Assembly: GCF_018350175.1 (NCBI RefSeq)
Contig: NC_058368.1
Span: 48,920,001 to 48,984,000 of the forward strand
DNA length: 64,000 bases
DNA from: Felis catus
Taxonomy: Eukaryota
Reading direction: 5' to 3'
This document shows positions 1-12,384 of this stretch, one piece after another. The position numbers and the translations under genes were made by a program. Positions within the stretch are counted from its first letter, which is position 1. Each line of letters starts with the position of its first letter. The notes under the pieces are model-generated. The model was not told the DNA's origin. It did no database searches and saw nothing but the letters and a program-made list of their open reading frames with translations.

Positions 1-21
1 TCAAGACTGGGTCCCAAAAGG

Positions 22-69
22 TCTTCACAGCATCTTCGTCAGTAGATTCCATCTCAAGAAACTACTTTC
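22..69. mobile_element. Tigger1/Tigger2-type (TcMar) DNA transposon fragment, cut by the L1 5' end
   Basis: TTCACAGCATCTTC..AGTAGATTCCATCTCAAGAAACTACTTTC resembles the recalled Tigger internal motif AGTAGATTCCATCTCAAGAAACCACTTTCTTTGCTCATCC. Confidence 0.55.
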
Positions 70-424
70 GGAGTGACCAGGAGGAAGATGGGGGTGTAGG
101 AGGACGCTGGGCTCACCTCGTCCTGCTGATCACTTAGATTCCACCCACACCTGCCTACATAACCCAGAAAACCGCCAGAAGACGAACAGAACGGACTCTC
201 CAGAGCTAAGTGTGGACAAGAGGCCCACGGAAGAGGGTAGGAAGGGCAGAGAGGCAGTGTGTGCTAACACGGACTGGCAGGAGGGAGCTAGGGCAGTGGA
301 GGAGCAGCCCGCCCAGCAAGGCAGAGCCCCTGAAGTCTGGCTTGCAAAAGTGGAGGGGCCGGACAACGTGAGTTCTGACAGCCAGTGGGACTTAACATCT
401 GGAATGTTAAAAGTCAACAGATCT

Positions 425-591
425 GGGGTGCCTGGGTGGCTCAGTCAGTTAAGCATCTGACTTCAGCTCAGGTCATGATCTCACAGCTTGTGAGTTCAAG
501 TCCCAATTTGGGCTCTGTGCTGACAGCTTGGAGCCTGGAGCCTGCTTCAGATTCTGTGTCTCCCTCTCTCTCTGCCCCTCCCCTGCTCACA

Positions 592-633
<42 letters not shown>

Positions 634-672
634 AAAAAAAAATATTAAAAAATTTTTTTTAAAAATTAAAAA
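425..672 (+). mobile_element. CanSINE (SINEC_Fc-like) nested in the L1 5' UTR
   Basis: GGGGTGCCTGGGTGGCTCAGTCAGTTAAG head, (CT)n, A tail; TSD AAAAGTCAAC(A/T)G(A/C)TCT at 409-424 and 673-688. Confidence 0.96.
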
Positions 673-1274
673 AAAAGTCAACTGCTCTACTCTGGGAGAG
701 TGTGGAAGGCAAGAGGACGCTGGGAGGGAGAGTTGTTGAGCCCCGGAAGACAGAGCTCATCTTGGTGGGAAACAAAGGCACTGGCAAGTGCCCTTTCCCT
801 CTCCCATCCCCCAGCCAAAATTCCAAAGGGAACCAGTTCCCATCACCAAACTTGCTTGCAGCGCGCAAACACCCAATGCTGTGCTTCTGTGGATCCATCC
901 CTCCGACGGCCTGCCTCCCTCCCGGTGCTGCAGGGCCCCTCCCACAGGGGACCACCTACAACAAAGCCTGCCCCTCCTGCCCCTGTGCACCTTGTGGATC
1001 CACCCCGGCTAATACACCCTTGGCCAGATCCCATCAAAGCAGCACCACAAGCCTGGCAGTGTGCAAGTAGCCCAGACAGGGGCCACACCACTCCACAGTG
1101 AGTCTTGCCCCTGGGAGAGGGGAAGATAAGGTACACACCAGTCTGACTGTGGCCCCAGCAGTGGGCTGGGGGCAGACATCGGGTCTGACTGCGGCCCCAC
1201 CCACCAACACAAGTTACTCCGGACAGCACAAGGAAAGTGCTCCGCAGTTTGTAGCTACTGCAGGAACTACCAAC

Positions 1275-2163
1275 ATGACGAAACAGAAGAATTCTCCTCA
1301 AAAGAAACTCTAGGAAGTAGCAACAGCTAATGAACTGATCAAAAACGATTTACACAATATAACAGAACAAGAATTTAGTATAATAGTCATAAAATTAATC
1401 GCTGGGCTTGAAAAAAGCATAGAGAACAACAAAGAATCTATTGCTATGGAGATCAAGGGACTAAGAAATAGTCATGAGGAACTAAAAAATGCTATAAATG
1501 AGGTGCAAAATAAAACGGAGGCGGCCATAGCATGGATTGAAGATGCAAAGCAGAGAATAGATGAATTTGAAGATAAAATTATGGAAAAAGAGGAAGCTGA
1601 GGAAAGAGAGATAAAAAAATCCAGGAGTACCAGGGAGAATTAGAGAACTAAGTGATGCAATCAAACGGAACAATATCCGTATCATAGGAATTCCAGAAGA
1701 GGAAGAGAGAGAGAAAGGGGCTGAAGGTGTACTTGAACAAATCATAGCTGAGAACTGCCCCGATCTGGGGAAGGAAAAAGGCGTTGAATCCAAGAGGCAC
1801 AGAGAAGTCCCTTCAGACGTAACTTGAATCAATCTTCTGCACAATATATCATAGTGAAACTGGCAAAATACAAGGATAAAGAGAAAATTCTGAAAGCAGC
1901 TAGGGATAAACAGGCTCTAACTTACAGAGGCAGACACATAAGAATAGTGGCAGACCTATCTACTGAAACTTGGCAGGCCAGAAAGGAATGGCAGGAAATC
2001 TTCAATGTGATGAACAGAAAAAAATATGCAGCCAAGAATCCTTTATCCAACAAGTCTGTCATTCAGAATAGGAGAGATAAAGGTTTTCCCAAACAAACAA
2101 AAACTGAAGGAATTCATCACCACTAAACCAGCCCTACAAGAGATCCTAAGAGTGATTCTGTGA
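1275..2163 (+). pseudogene. L1 ORF1p (coiled-coil/RRM) remnant
   Basis: MTKQKNSPQKKL* (TAG 1311-1313), then fragments EELKNAINEVQNK..RIDEFEDK and YIIVKLAKYKDKEKILKAAR..RIVADLSTETWQARKEW; stops and frameshifts. Confidence 0.93.
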
Positions 2164-2231
2164 GTGAAATGTTGCAAGGACCATAAAGTACCAGAGACAT
2201 CACTACAAGCATGAAACCTACAGACATCACA

Positions 2232-5200
2232 ATGACTCTAAACCCTTAACTTTCAATAATAACAATGAATATAAATGGATGAAATGCTCCAACAAAAAGA
2301 CACAGGGTTTCAGACTGGATAAACAAACAAGACACATCTATTTGCTGTCTAAAATAGACTCATTTTAGACCTGAGGACACCTTCAGATTGAAAGTGAGGA
2401 GATGCAGAACTATCTATCATGCGACTGGAAGTCAAAAGAAAGCTGGGGTAGTCATACTTATATCAGATAAACTAGACTTTAAATTAAAGACTGTAACAAG
2501 AGATGAAGAAGGTCATTGTATAATAATTATAGGGTCTATCCATCAGGAAGAGCTAACAATTATAAATGCCTATGCACTGAATATGGAAGTCCCCAAATAT
2601 ATAAAACAATTAATCACAAACATAAGCAACCTCATTGATAAGAATGTGGTAATTGCAGGAGACTTTAATACCCCACTTACAACAATGGATAGATGATCTA
2701 GACACAGGATCAATAAAGAAACAAGGGTCCTGAACGATGCATTGGATCAGCTGGACTTGACAGATATATTTAGAACTCTGCATCCCAAGGCAACAGAATA
2801 TACTTTTTTCTTGAGTGCACGTGGAACATTCTCCAAGATAGATCACATACTGGGTCACAAAACAGCCCTTCATAAGTATAAAAGAATTGAAATCATAGCA
2901 TGCACACTTTCAGACCACAATGCTATGAAACTTGAAATCAACCACAGGAAAAAGTCTGGAAAACCTCCAAAAGCATGGAGGTTAAAGAACACCATACCAA
3001 AGAACGAATGGGTCAACCAGGCAATTAGAGAAGAAATTAAAAAATATATGGAAACAAACGAAGATGAAAATACAATAATCCAAACGCTTTGGAATGCAGC
3101 AAAGGCAGTCCTGAGAGGAAAATACATTGCAACCCAGGCCTATCTCAAGAAACAAGAAAAATCCCAAATACAAAATCTAACAGCACACCTAAAGGAAATA
3201 GAAGCAGAACAGCAAAGACACCCAAACCCAGCAGAAGAAGAGAAATAATAAACATCAGAGCAGAAATAAACAATATAGAATCTAAAAAAAACTGTAGAGC
3301 AGATCAATGACACCAAGAGTTGGTTTTTGAAAAAATAAACAAAATTGATAAACCCCTAGCCAGAATTCTCAAAAAGAAAAGGGAGATGACCCAAATAGAT
3401 AAAATCATGAATGAAAATGGAATTATTACAACCAATCCCTCAGAAATACAAGCAATAATCAGGGAATACTATGAAAAATTATACACCAACAAACGGGACA
3501 ACTTGGAAGAAATGGTCAAATTCCTAAGTACCCACACACTTCCAGAACTCAAATAGGAAGAAATAAAAAACTTGAACAGACCCATAACCAGTGAAGAAGT
3601 TGAATCGGTTATCAAAAATCTCCCAACAAATAAAATCCAGGACCAGATGGCTTCCCTGAGGAATTCTACCAGACATTTAAAGCAGAGAAAATACCTATCC
3701 TTCTCAAGCTGTTCCAAAAAATAGAAAGGGAAAGAAAACTTCCAGACTCATTCTATGAAGCCAGCATTACTTTGATTCCCAAACCAGACAGAGACCCAGC
3801 AAAAAAAGAGAACTACAGGCCAATATCCTTGATGAATATGGATGCAAAAATTCTCAACACGGTATTAGCAAATCGAATTCAATGGCATATAAAAAGAATT
3901 ATTCACCATGATCAAGTGGGATTCATTCCTGGGCTGCAGGGCTGGTTCAACATTCACAAATCAATCAATGTGATACATCACATTAATAAAAGAAAAGATA
4001 AGAACCATATGATCCTGTCAATCGATGCAGAAAAAGCATTTGACAAAATTCAGCATCCTTTCTTAATAAAAACCCTTGAGAAATTCAGGATAGAAGGAAC
4101 ATACTTAAACATCATAAAAGCCATTGATGAAAAGCCCACAGCTAACATCGTCCTCAATGGGGAAAAACTGAGAGCTTTCCCCCTGAGATCAGGAACACGA
4201 CAGGGATGTCCACTCTCACAGTTGTTGTTTAACATAGTGTTGGAAGTGCTAGCATCAGCAATCAGACAACAAAAGGAAATCAAAGGCATCAAAATTGGCA
4301 AAAATGAAGTCAAGCTTTCACTTTTTGCAGATGACATGATATTACACATGGAAAATATGACAGACTCCACCAAAAGTCTGCTAGAACTGATACATGAATT
4401 TAGCAAAGTCACAGGATACAAAATCAATGTACAGAAATCATTTGCATTCTTATACACTAATAATGAAGCAACAGAAAGACAAATAAAGAAACTGATCCCA
4501 TTCACAATTGCACCAAGAAGCATAAAATACCTAGGAATAAACCTGACCAAAGATGTAAAAGATCTGTATGCTGAAAACTATAGAAAGCTTATGAAGGAAA
4601 TTGAAGAGGATATAAAGAAACAGAAAAACATTCTGTGCTCATGGATTGGAAGAATAAATATTGTTAAAATGTCAATACTACCCAAAGCTATCTACACATT
4701 CAATGCAATCCCAATCAAAATTGCACCAGCATCCTTCTCAAAGCTAGAACAAGCAATCATAAAATTCGTGTGGAACCACAAAAGGCCCCGAATAGCCAAA
4801 GTAATTTTGAAGAAGAAGACCAAAGCAGGAGGCATCACAATCCCAGACTTCAGCCTCTACTACAAAGCTGTAATCATCAAGACAGCATGGTATTGGCACA
4901 AAAACAGACACATAGACCAATGGAATAGAATAGAAACCCCAGAACTAGACCCACAAAAGTATGGCCAACTCATCTTTGACAAAGCAGGAAAGAATATCTA
5001 ATGGAAAAAAGACAGTCTCTTTAACAAATGGTGCTGGGAGAACTGGACAGCAACATGCAGAAGAATGAAACTAGACCACTTTCTTACACCTTTCACAAAA
5101 ATAAACTCAAAATGGATAACGGACCTGAATGTGAGACAGGAAACTATCAAAACTCTAGAGGAGAAAGCAGGAAAAAAACCTCTTTGACCTCAGCCACAGC

Positions 5201-6054
5201 AATTTCTTACTTGACACATCTCCAAAGGCAAGGGAATTAAAAGCAACAATGAACTATTGGGACCTCATGAAGATAAAAGCTTCTGCACTGCAAAGGAAAC
5301 AATCAACAAAACTAAAAGGCAATCAACGGAATGGGAAAAGATATTTGCAAATGACATATCGGACACAGGGCTAGTATTCAAAATTTATAAAGAACTCATC
5401 AAAACTCCACACCTGAAAACTAAATAATCCAGTGAAGAAATGGGCAGAAGACATGAATAGACACTTCTCTAAAGAAGACATCCAGATGGCCAAAAGGCAC
5501 ATGAAAAGATGCTCAACATCGCTCCTCATCAGGGAAATACAAATCAAAACCACACTGAAATATCACCTCATGCCAGTCAGAGTGGCTAAAATGAACACAT
5601 TAGGAGACTATAGATGCTGGAGAGGATGTGGAGAAATGGGAACCCTCTTGCACTGTTGGTGGAAATGCAAACTGGTGCAGCCACTCTGGAAAACAGTGTG
5701 GAGGTTCCTCAAAAAATTAAAAATAGATCTACCCTATGACCTAGCAATAGCACTGCTAGGAATTTACCCAAGGGATACTGGAGTCTGATGCATAGGGCCA
5801 CTTGTACCCCAATGTTTATAGCAGCACTTTCATCAATAGCCAAATTATGGAAAGAGCCTAAATGTGCATCACCTGATGAATGGATAAAGACATTGTGGTT
5901 TATATACACAATGGAATACTACTTGGCAATGAGAAAGAATAAAATCTGGCCTTTTGTAGCAACGTGGATGGAACTGGAGACTGTTTTGCTAAGTGAAATA
6001 AGTCATACAGAGAAAGACAGATACCACATGTTTTCACTCTTATGTGGATCCTGA
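2232..6054 (+). pseudogene. L1 ORF2p (endonuclease-reverse transcriptase) remnant
   Basis: EN motifs AGDFNTPL and SDHNAMKLE; RT in the 409-aa open segment 3772-5001 ([22 protein letters not shown]); C-terminal CWRGC..HCWWKC; several stops (e.g. 2694, 3554, 4999) and frameshifts. Confidence 0.96.
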
Positions 6055-6287
6055 GAAACTTAACAGAAGACCAGGGGGGAGGGGAAGGAAAAAAAGTTAT
6101 GGAGGGAGCCAAACCATAAGAGACTCTTAAAAACTGAGAATAAACTGAGGGTTGATGGGGGGTGGGAAGAGGGGAAAGTGGTGATGGACATTGAGGAGGG
6201 CACCTGTTGGGATGAGCACTGGGTGTTTGGAAACCAATTTGACAATAAATTTCATATTAAAGAAAAATAAATAAACAGATACCATTA

Positions 6288-6450
6288 CTATAACTTCCAC
6301 AATAAGTCCCAGGGATAAAAGCTACAGCATACGGCATATAGTCAATGGTATTGTTGAATCACTGTTGTACACCTAAAACTAATGTAGCATTATGTGCCAA
6401 CAATAGTTAAATAAAAAAAATAGACACATATGAAAAGACTGTTTTCAAAA
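6288..6450 (+). mobile_element. Very short older carnivore L1 3'-end insertion
   Basis: TACAGCATA..ATATAGTCAAT..GTTGTACACCTAAAACTAAT L1 3' UTR motif plus A tract, flanked by direct repeat AAA(C/T)AGATACCATTA. Confidence 0.7.
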
Positions 6451-6569
6451 AAATAGATACCATTATTTATGTACAACTTGAACTTGGATACTGCTAAAGA
6501 AAGGGATGAGCTTAAATGTTTTTTTTTTAAACCTTGTTATCATGTAAGTAAGCCATGTGAATTACTTAT

Positions 6570-6790
6570 TTTTAAATCTCCTCACACTAAAATATATACA
6601 GATAAAATGATATGATGTTTATTTACTTCAGAATAATCTGACAGTAGGAGAGAAAAGTAGGTGAGGGTAGAGATGAAACAAAATTGGTCATGAGTTGGTA
6701 ACTGTTGATGCTGAATTGTGGGCACATGCAATTTGTTATACAATTGTACCTACTTTTTTGGGTTGAAATTTTCCATAAGAAAACAATTTT
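6570..6790 (+). mobile_element. Ancient L1M (L1MC/MD/ME-type) 3' end
   Basis: GATAAAATGATATGATG..GATGAAACAAAATTGGTCATGAGTTG..TTGAAATTTTCCATAA motifs. Confidence 0.65.
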
Positions 6791-7223
6791 TAAAATTTCC
6801 TCCTACCTTATCTGTATGATGCATCATTGTTTTTTTTTTTTTCTTCTTTACTTAGTTAACATACAGTGTAGTCTTGGCTTCAGGAGTAGATGCCAGTGAT
6901 TCATCACTTCCATATAACAGTCAGTGCTCATCCCAACAAGTGCCCTCCTCAATGCCCACCACCCATTTCCCCATCCCCACCAACCCTCAGTTTGTACTCT
7001 GTATTTAAGAGTCTCTTATGGTTTGCCTCCCTCTCTGTTTTTATCTTATTTTTCCTTCCCTTCCCCATGATCATCTGTTAAGTGTCTCAAATTCCATATA
7101 TGAGTGAAATCATATGGTATCTGTCTTTCTCTGACTTATTTTGCTTAGCATAATATCCTCCAGTTCCATCCACATTGTTGCAAATGGCAAGATTTCATTC
7201 TGTTTCATTGTCGAATAGTATTC

Positions 7224-7225
<2 letters not shown>

Positions 7226-7270
<45 letters not shown>
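7226..7270. repeat. (TG)n microsatellite at the SINE tail
   Basis: About 22 TG units, read directly. Confidence 0.95.
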
Positions 7271-7274
<4 letters not shown>

Positions 7275-7502
7275 AAAAGTTTTTTTAAAGTTTATGAATT
7301 TATTATTTCTAGGAGAGACAGAGAGCACACCTGCACAAGTGGGGGAGGGGCAAAGAGAGAGAGGGAGACACAGAATCCAAAGCAGACTCAAGGCTCTGAG
7401 ACGTCAGCACAGAGCCTGACATGGGGCTCAAACCCACAAACCATGAGATCATGACCTGAGTCAAAGTCAGCAGATCAACCAACTGAGCCATGCAGGTGCC
7501 CC
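7271..7502 (-). mobile_element. CanSINE nested in the minus-strand L1
   Basis: GAGAGGGAGACACAGAATCC..GAGATCATGACCTGAG..CTGAGCCA..GGTGCCCC; L1 sequence resumes on both sides. Confidence 0.95.
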
Positions 7503-9249
7503 ATATAAACCACATCTTCTTAATCCAATCATCAGTTGGTGGATATTTGGGCTCTTTCCATAATTTGGCTATTGTTGATAGCATAGCTATAAACGTTGGG
7601 GTCCATGTGCCCGTTCTAATCAGCACTCCCATATCCTTTGGATAAATTCCTAGTAGTGCAACTGCTGGGTTGTAAGGTAACTCTACTTTTAATTTTTTGA
7701 GGAACCTCCACACTGTTTTCCAGAGTGGCTGCACAAGTCTACATTCCCCTCAACAGTGTAAGAGGGTTTCCCCTTTCTCTACATCCTCACCAACATCTGT
7801 TGTTTCCAGAGTTGTTAATTTTAGCCATTCTGACAGGTGTGAGGCAGTATCTCATTGTGGTTTCAATTTGTATTTCCCTAATGATGAGAAATGTTGAGCA
7901 TCTTTTCATGTGTCTGTTTGTCATTTGAATGTCTTCTTTGGAAAAGTGTCTATTCATGTCTTCTGCCCATTTCTTCACTGGATTATTTGTTTTTTTTGGG
8001 GGGGAGGGGTGTTGAGTTCAGTAACTTCTTTATAGATTTTTGTTACTAAGCTTTACCCGATCATTTGCAAATATCTTCTCCCATTCTGTCGTTTGCCTTT
8101 TAGTTTTGTTGATTGTTTCCTTTTTTGTGCAGAAGCTTTTTTACCTTGATGAGGTTCCAATAGTTCATTTTTGCTTTTATTTCCCTTGCCTTCAGAGACA
8201 TGTCAAGTAAGAAGTTGCTGTGGCTGAGGTCAAAGAGGTTGCTGCCTGTTTTCCCCTATAAGATTCTGATGGTTTCCTGTCTCACGTTTAGGTCTTTCAT
8301 CCATTTCGAATTTATTTTTGTGTCTGGTGTAAGAAAGTGATCCAGTTTCATTCTTCTGCATGTTGCTGTCCAGTTCTCCCAGCACCATTTGCTAAAGAGA
8401 CTCTTTTTCCATTGGATACTCTCTCCTGCTTTGTCAAAGATTAGTTGGTCATATATTTGTGGGCCCATTTCTGTGTTCTCTATTCTATTCCATTGATCTA
8501 TATGTCTGTTTTTGTGCCAGTACCATACTGTCTTGATGATTACAGCTTTGTAATACATCTTGAAGTCTGGGATTGTGATGCCTCCAGCTTTAGTTTTCTT
8601 TTTCAACATTACTTTGGGTATTTCGGGTCTTTTGTGGTTCCATACAAAGTTTAGGATTGTTTGTTCTAGCTCTGTGAAGAATGCTGGTGCTGTTTTGATT
8701 GGGATTGCATTGAATGTGTAGATTGGGTAGTACTGACATTTTAACAATATTTGTTCTTCCAGTATGATGCATCATTCTTGTGAAATTGATGTCTTTCTGT
8801 CCTACCAAATTTTCTGGCTCCCCCCGCCCCCAACACACTTAAGGAAGGAGAACATGAAAAACATTTCTTCAACCATCTTTTATGATAATTTCATTTATAA
8901 TTCCTATTACCTTTAAAAGGAATAGGGCCTGAGCCTTGCTAACTTTTAATCTTGTGTATATAGTTTACTTCAATGCTTTGTGTGGGGAATGCACAAATAC
9001 TCTTTATCTTATGGTTTTGTTGAGCAAGTATCAGTGCAGGACACTTACTCTGATTCATGTGCCTGCTAAGTGTTGGAATCCGTATTAATGTGCAGTCAAC
9101 CATTTAATGGGTTTCTAGTTAATTCATATTTTTGTGATGATTATCAGTTATGTACCATTTATTTAAAAATTATTTACTGTGCAGTGGCGCTAACCCTGAA
9201 CTGATGATTAATATAGCCAAAAGAGCCAATGGACAATTCACTAATTTGG

Positions 9250-9406
9250 AGGGCTCTTGGGGAAATAGACTTGGCTTGGATTCGAATCCCAACTCTGCCT
9301 CTATGAGCACTTCAGGCAAATTATTTCACATGTTTCACCTTCATTTTCATCCGTAACTGGACTAAAGCTATTTACCTCACTGAGTTGTTTAGATGATTAA
9401 ATTAGG
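9250..9406 (+). mobile_element. MIR fragment
   Basis: GGATTCGAATCCCAACTCTGCC..GGCAAATTATTT core-like motif. Confidence 0.6.
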
Positions 9407-9429
9407 CTTGCCTCTGCCAGATTCACAGA

Positions 9430-9890
9430 CCCTCTCATTCTCTCTTGAACCCACTTCTGTCAATTTTTACCTCTACCACTCTACTGAAAAGCACTATGAC
9501 CTTCACTTTGGTAAGTCTAAAAGAACTCTCTCAATTCTTAAGTGTCCTATCATCTGTCCCCTTGGACAGATGCACAGCCATCACCTTCACTTGACTTAGG
9601 TCTTTACTCAAATTCATTTGCTCAGTAAGACTCACTACCCAATTCAAAATTTTAGCCTCTATATTTCATATTCTTGCTGTTCTTAGCGGTTGGCACTATT
9701 TAATATAGTTTATTTATTTTTCTTATTTACTTTCTGCCTTATCTCCTCCTTGCCTGCCTTTATCTCTCCTCCCACATAAACTCCATGAAGGCAGGCATTT
9801 TATCTACTATTTTTATTGTCTGTCTTTATTGCTTAAAACAGTTGGTAGTACATAGTGAGCATTCCACAAATATATGTAGAATTAATGAGT
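9430..9890 (+). mobile_element. L2 remnant including the 3' end
   Basis: ACCACTCTACTGAAA..ATGACCTTCAC and TAAACTCCATGAAGGCAGG..TACATAGT..AAATATATGTAGAAT. Confidence 0.6.
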
Positions 9891-9896
9891 GGATGG

Positions 9897-10010
9897 GGGT
9901 GGGAGGGAGGAGAGGGTGGGTGATGGGTATTGAGGAGGGCACCTTTTGGGATGAGCACTGGGTGTTGTATGGAAACCAATTTGTCAATAAATTTCATATA
10001 AAAAAAAAAG
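9897..10010 (+). mobile_element. ~115-bp L1_Fc 3' end insertion
   Basis: GGGATGAGCACTGGGTGTTGTATGGAAACCAATTTG..poly(A); TSD AATGAGTGGATG. Confidence 0.92.
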
Positions 10011-10249
10011 AATGAGTGGATGAGACAATGTATTTGTGCCATAAAAGTATCTGCACATAATAGATGTTGAACCCAAAATGATTAACTCTTTCCTTTTTCA
10101 CAAACAGAACACTGAAATAATTGCTTCAACTAATGTTGATAATAATTCTGGATGAATTAGATCCCAAGCTAGTACTCCAACCATTCAATGGAATGGCGTT
10201 AAATATTGTCACATATATTATAATTTTTAAAATCCATTAATTTATATTT

Positions 10250-10510
10250 TCAATACACACTTATTCAGGGTGCATTATGTAGTAGGCATTGATCTGGGCA
10301 TCTCTAGTGAGGGGGAATAAAATGCATTGCTGCCTTTAAGGAGTTCCCAGCCTAGTGGAGAGGCAGACACAAAAAGAAACCAATATATCATAATAAATAT
10401 AAAATCAGGGAAACATGCAGGACAAGAGACCCTCAATCCATCCTGAGAGGCTCAGAAAGATCTCCAGAGGAGACAATAATTGAACTAAGTGTTAAAAATG
10501 AGCACGAATG
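10250..10510 (-). mobile_element. L2 fragment
   Basis: CTTATT..CATTATGTAGTAGGCATTG..CTGCCTTTAAGGAGTTCCCAGCCTAGTGGAGAGGCAGAC. Confidence 0.6.
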
Positions 10511-10594
10511 AGGGGAGTGGAAGGCACAAAGGCAAGCCACACAAGGAAGCTCGCTCAAGCAATGAACTAGGTGAGAAAAAGTATATGTGTGATT

Positions 10595-10596
<2 letters not shown>

Positions 10597-10636
<40 letters not shown>
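10597..10636. repeat. (TG)n microsatellite
   Basis: Read directly. Confidence 0.95.
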
Positions 10637-10637
<1 letters not shown>

Positions 10638-11589
10638 TGAGTGGGGCAGTTGGGGTTAGATTTAGTACTGATAGATATTTAAGTGTGATGTGGTTGGATG
10701 CTTATTTTTGTTTTGTCTCTTTTCCCATACTTTCTCTTTGTGACTAATATATAGGTACAGTATAGTATATAGGTATTACATTTCACCTACAGGCATAAAC
10801 AGTGCCTCCATACTTTCTTACATCTCAAAATACTCTTTCTCTGGGATCAGGACTCCTTAGAGTATATAATCACTACATGAGAAGATAATTTTTATTGTAA
10901 GTATCACTTAAGCGATGTAGATATGGCTAAGGAAAATTAAATATTCAGATTGAAAAAAAAATTGATTTGCCATGTCGGGGAAAAAAATCCTCTTGCTTCG
11001 TCCTTCCAGAAACCAGTGTATAAAAAAGACAGTTTGTTCAATATGGAACTTTGCACGTAGAGAAAGAATTTTGCTTGAACTGCCTAAAATAAGCCAAATG
11101 AGACTTGTAAAAACAAGAGCCTAACACTTTGGTAAATCACAATTAGGTACAATTTTGCAAATTAAGAATTTGAAAATTAAAAGCCATGAATATTCAAAGA
11201 GAGACTTTTTAAAACCATTTTATAAAAAAAGGAAGAGTGCTAACATTTTTATTTTATTAAGAAAAATTGTGTTGGTTAAAAAGGAAAATTGTGATACTTA
11301 CAGAATGACTTTGTGCAACTATCTTATTAGAAGCAGCTTATTAGGCTCAAGAGAGGAGCACTGAAAATACCATCTTCTGAGTGTTTATCACAAAAACCTT
11401 GTCAGGCAAACACACGCAAACCTATGTTACTTCTATTCTGTAAGTGAGCAAAAAAAAGTGTGAGGAGACTCACACTAGCATTCCAAGTGGGATATAATAA
11501 CCCAGGTCATCAGAGAGCTGCTGTGATTTGAAGCTGATTTGGCTCTCTTCATCAAGAGCTCTGATAAACTGTTTTACTATTCTAGAAGA

Positions 11590-11990
11590 TTGCTAGTTGT
11601 TCCCCATAATCTGTTTCTCCCTTTGTCCTGGGATCCTACTGTACACACATCGGCTAGATTTCATTGCATCCTTGCCACTATGTGTGGCCTCGTGACTATG
11701 TTTGAACCAAGGGGACATGAGCAGAACTTATTTCCCTAGGCCTTGACTCTTTCCTCCTTTCTTTTTTTTCTGGAAAATGGATGTGTCCCTGTGCTGTTTG
11801 GCCCAAGAAGACAAGGATGGTACCTTATGGATGATAAAGTTGGGAGATTGAGCTGCCCGGTCAGTTTGTACTGGCCAATCTGTTGTGTACGAAAACTTCA
11901 TAACTCTTTTCACAACAATCTTACAACAATACTTGTTATTATATTATTGGTTTCTTTGTTACATGTACTTGGCTTATTCCTTCATAAATA
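11590..11990 (+). mobile_element. Old ERVL-MaLR LTR (MLT1-type) remnant
   Basis: CATCCTTGC..ATGTGTGGCCTCGTGACTATGTT..CCAAGGGGACATGAGCAGAA. Confidence 0.5.
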
Positions 11991-12168
11991 CAATTAGGTA
12001 TATTTCTTTGTGACTAATTCTTAGAAGGTCCAGACAATTGATGAGGTCAGCAAACTAAGCAAGTTATTGAAGTCAGTATGTCTAAAAGCAGCACTAAATT
12101 AATAAAATACAAAGATAACTAATATTCTCCTTTGTTTTTAGTTTGTAAGTAATTCATCAGTAACTTTT

Positions 12169-12384
12169 TAAAAGTTTATTTATTTATTTATTTTGAGAGA
12201 GAGACAGACAGCAAGCACATGAGAGGAGGAGGGGCAGACAGAGAGAGAAAGAGAGAGAGATAATCCCAAGTAGGCTCCATGCTCTGCACTAAGCCATATA
12301 TAGGGCTCGATCTCATGAATCTGTGAGGTCATGACCTGGGCTGAAATCAAGAGTCGGAGGCTAACTGACTGAGCCACCCGGGTG
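12169..12384 (-). mobile_element. CanSINE with rearranged 5' junction
   Basis: Reverse SINE body; TSD TCATCAGTAACTTTT at 12154-12168 and 12407-12421. Confidence 0.94.

Larger units (their letters stand above)
70..6275 (+). mobile_element. Full-length, inactivated felid LINE-1 (L1_Fc-like)
   Basis: 5' UTR starts GGAGGAAGATGG..GTAGGAGGACGCTGGGCTCACC; ORF1 and ORF2 remnants are colinear; G-rich 3' UTR ends GGAAACCAATTTGACAATAAATTTCATATT plus an A-rich tail. Confidence 0.97.
6829..8761 (-). mobile_element. 5'-truncated carnivore L1 (ORF2 C-terminal part plus 3' UTR)
   Basis: Minus-strand ORF2 peptides ([40 protein letters not shown]), poly(T) at 6830, TSD GTATGATGCATCATT at 6814-6828 and 8762-8776. 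Confidence 0.95.

Noticed and set aside
130..1313. Dense overlapping ORFs on both strands
   Set aside because: They lie in the GC-rich L1 5' UTR and the nested SINE, where stop codons are scarce by composition.
3772..5001. 409-aa ORF as a functional or novel reverse transcriptase gene
   Set aside because: It is an internal open stretch of L1 ORF2, bounded by frameshifts and stops, with a non-ATG start. Not a retron, DGR or host gene.
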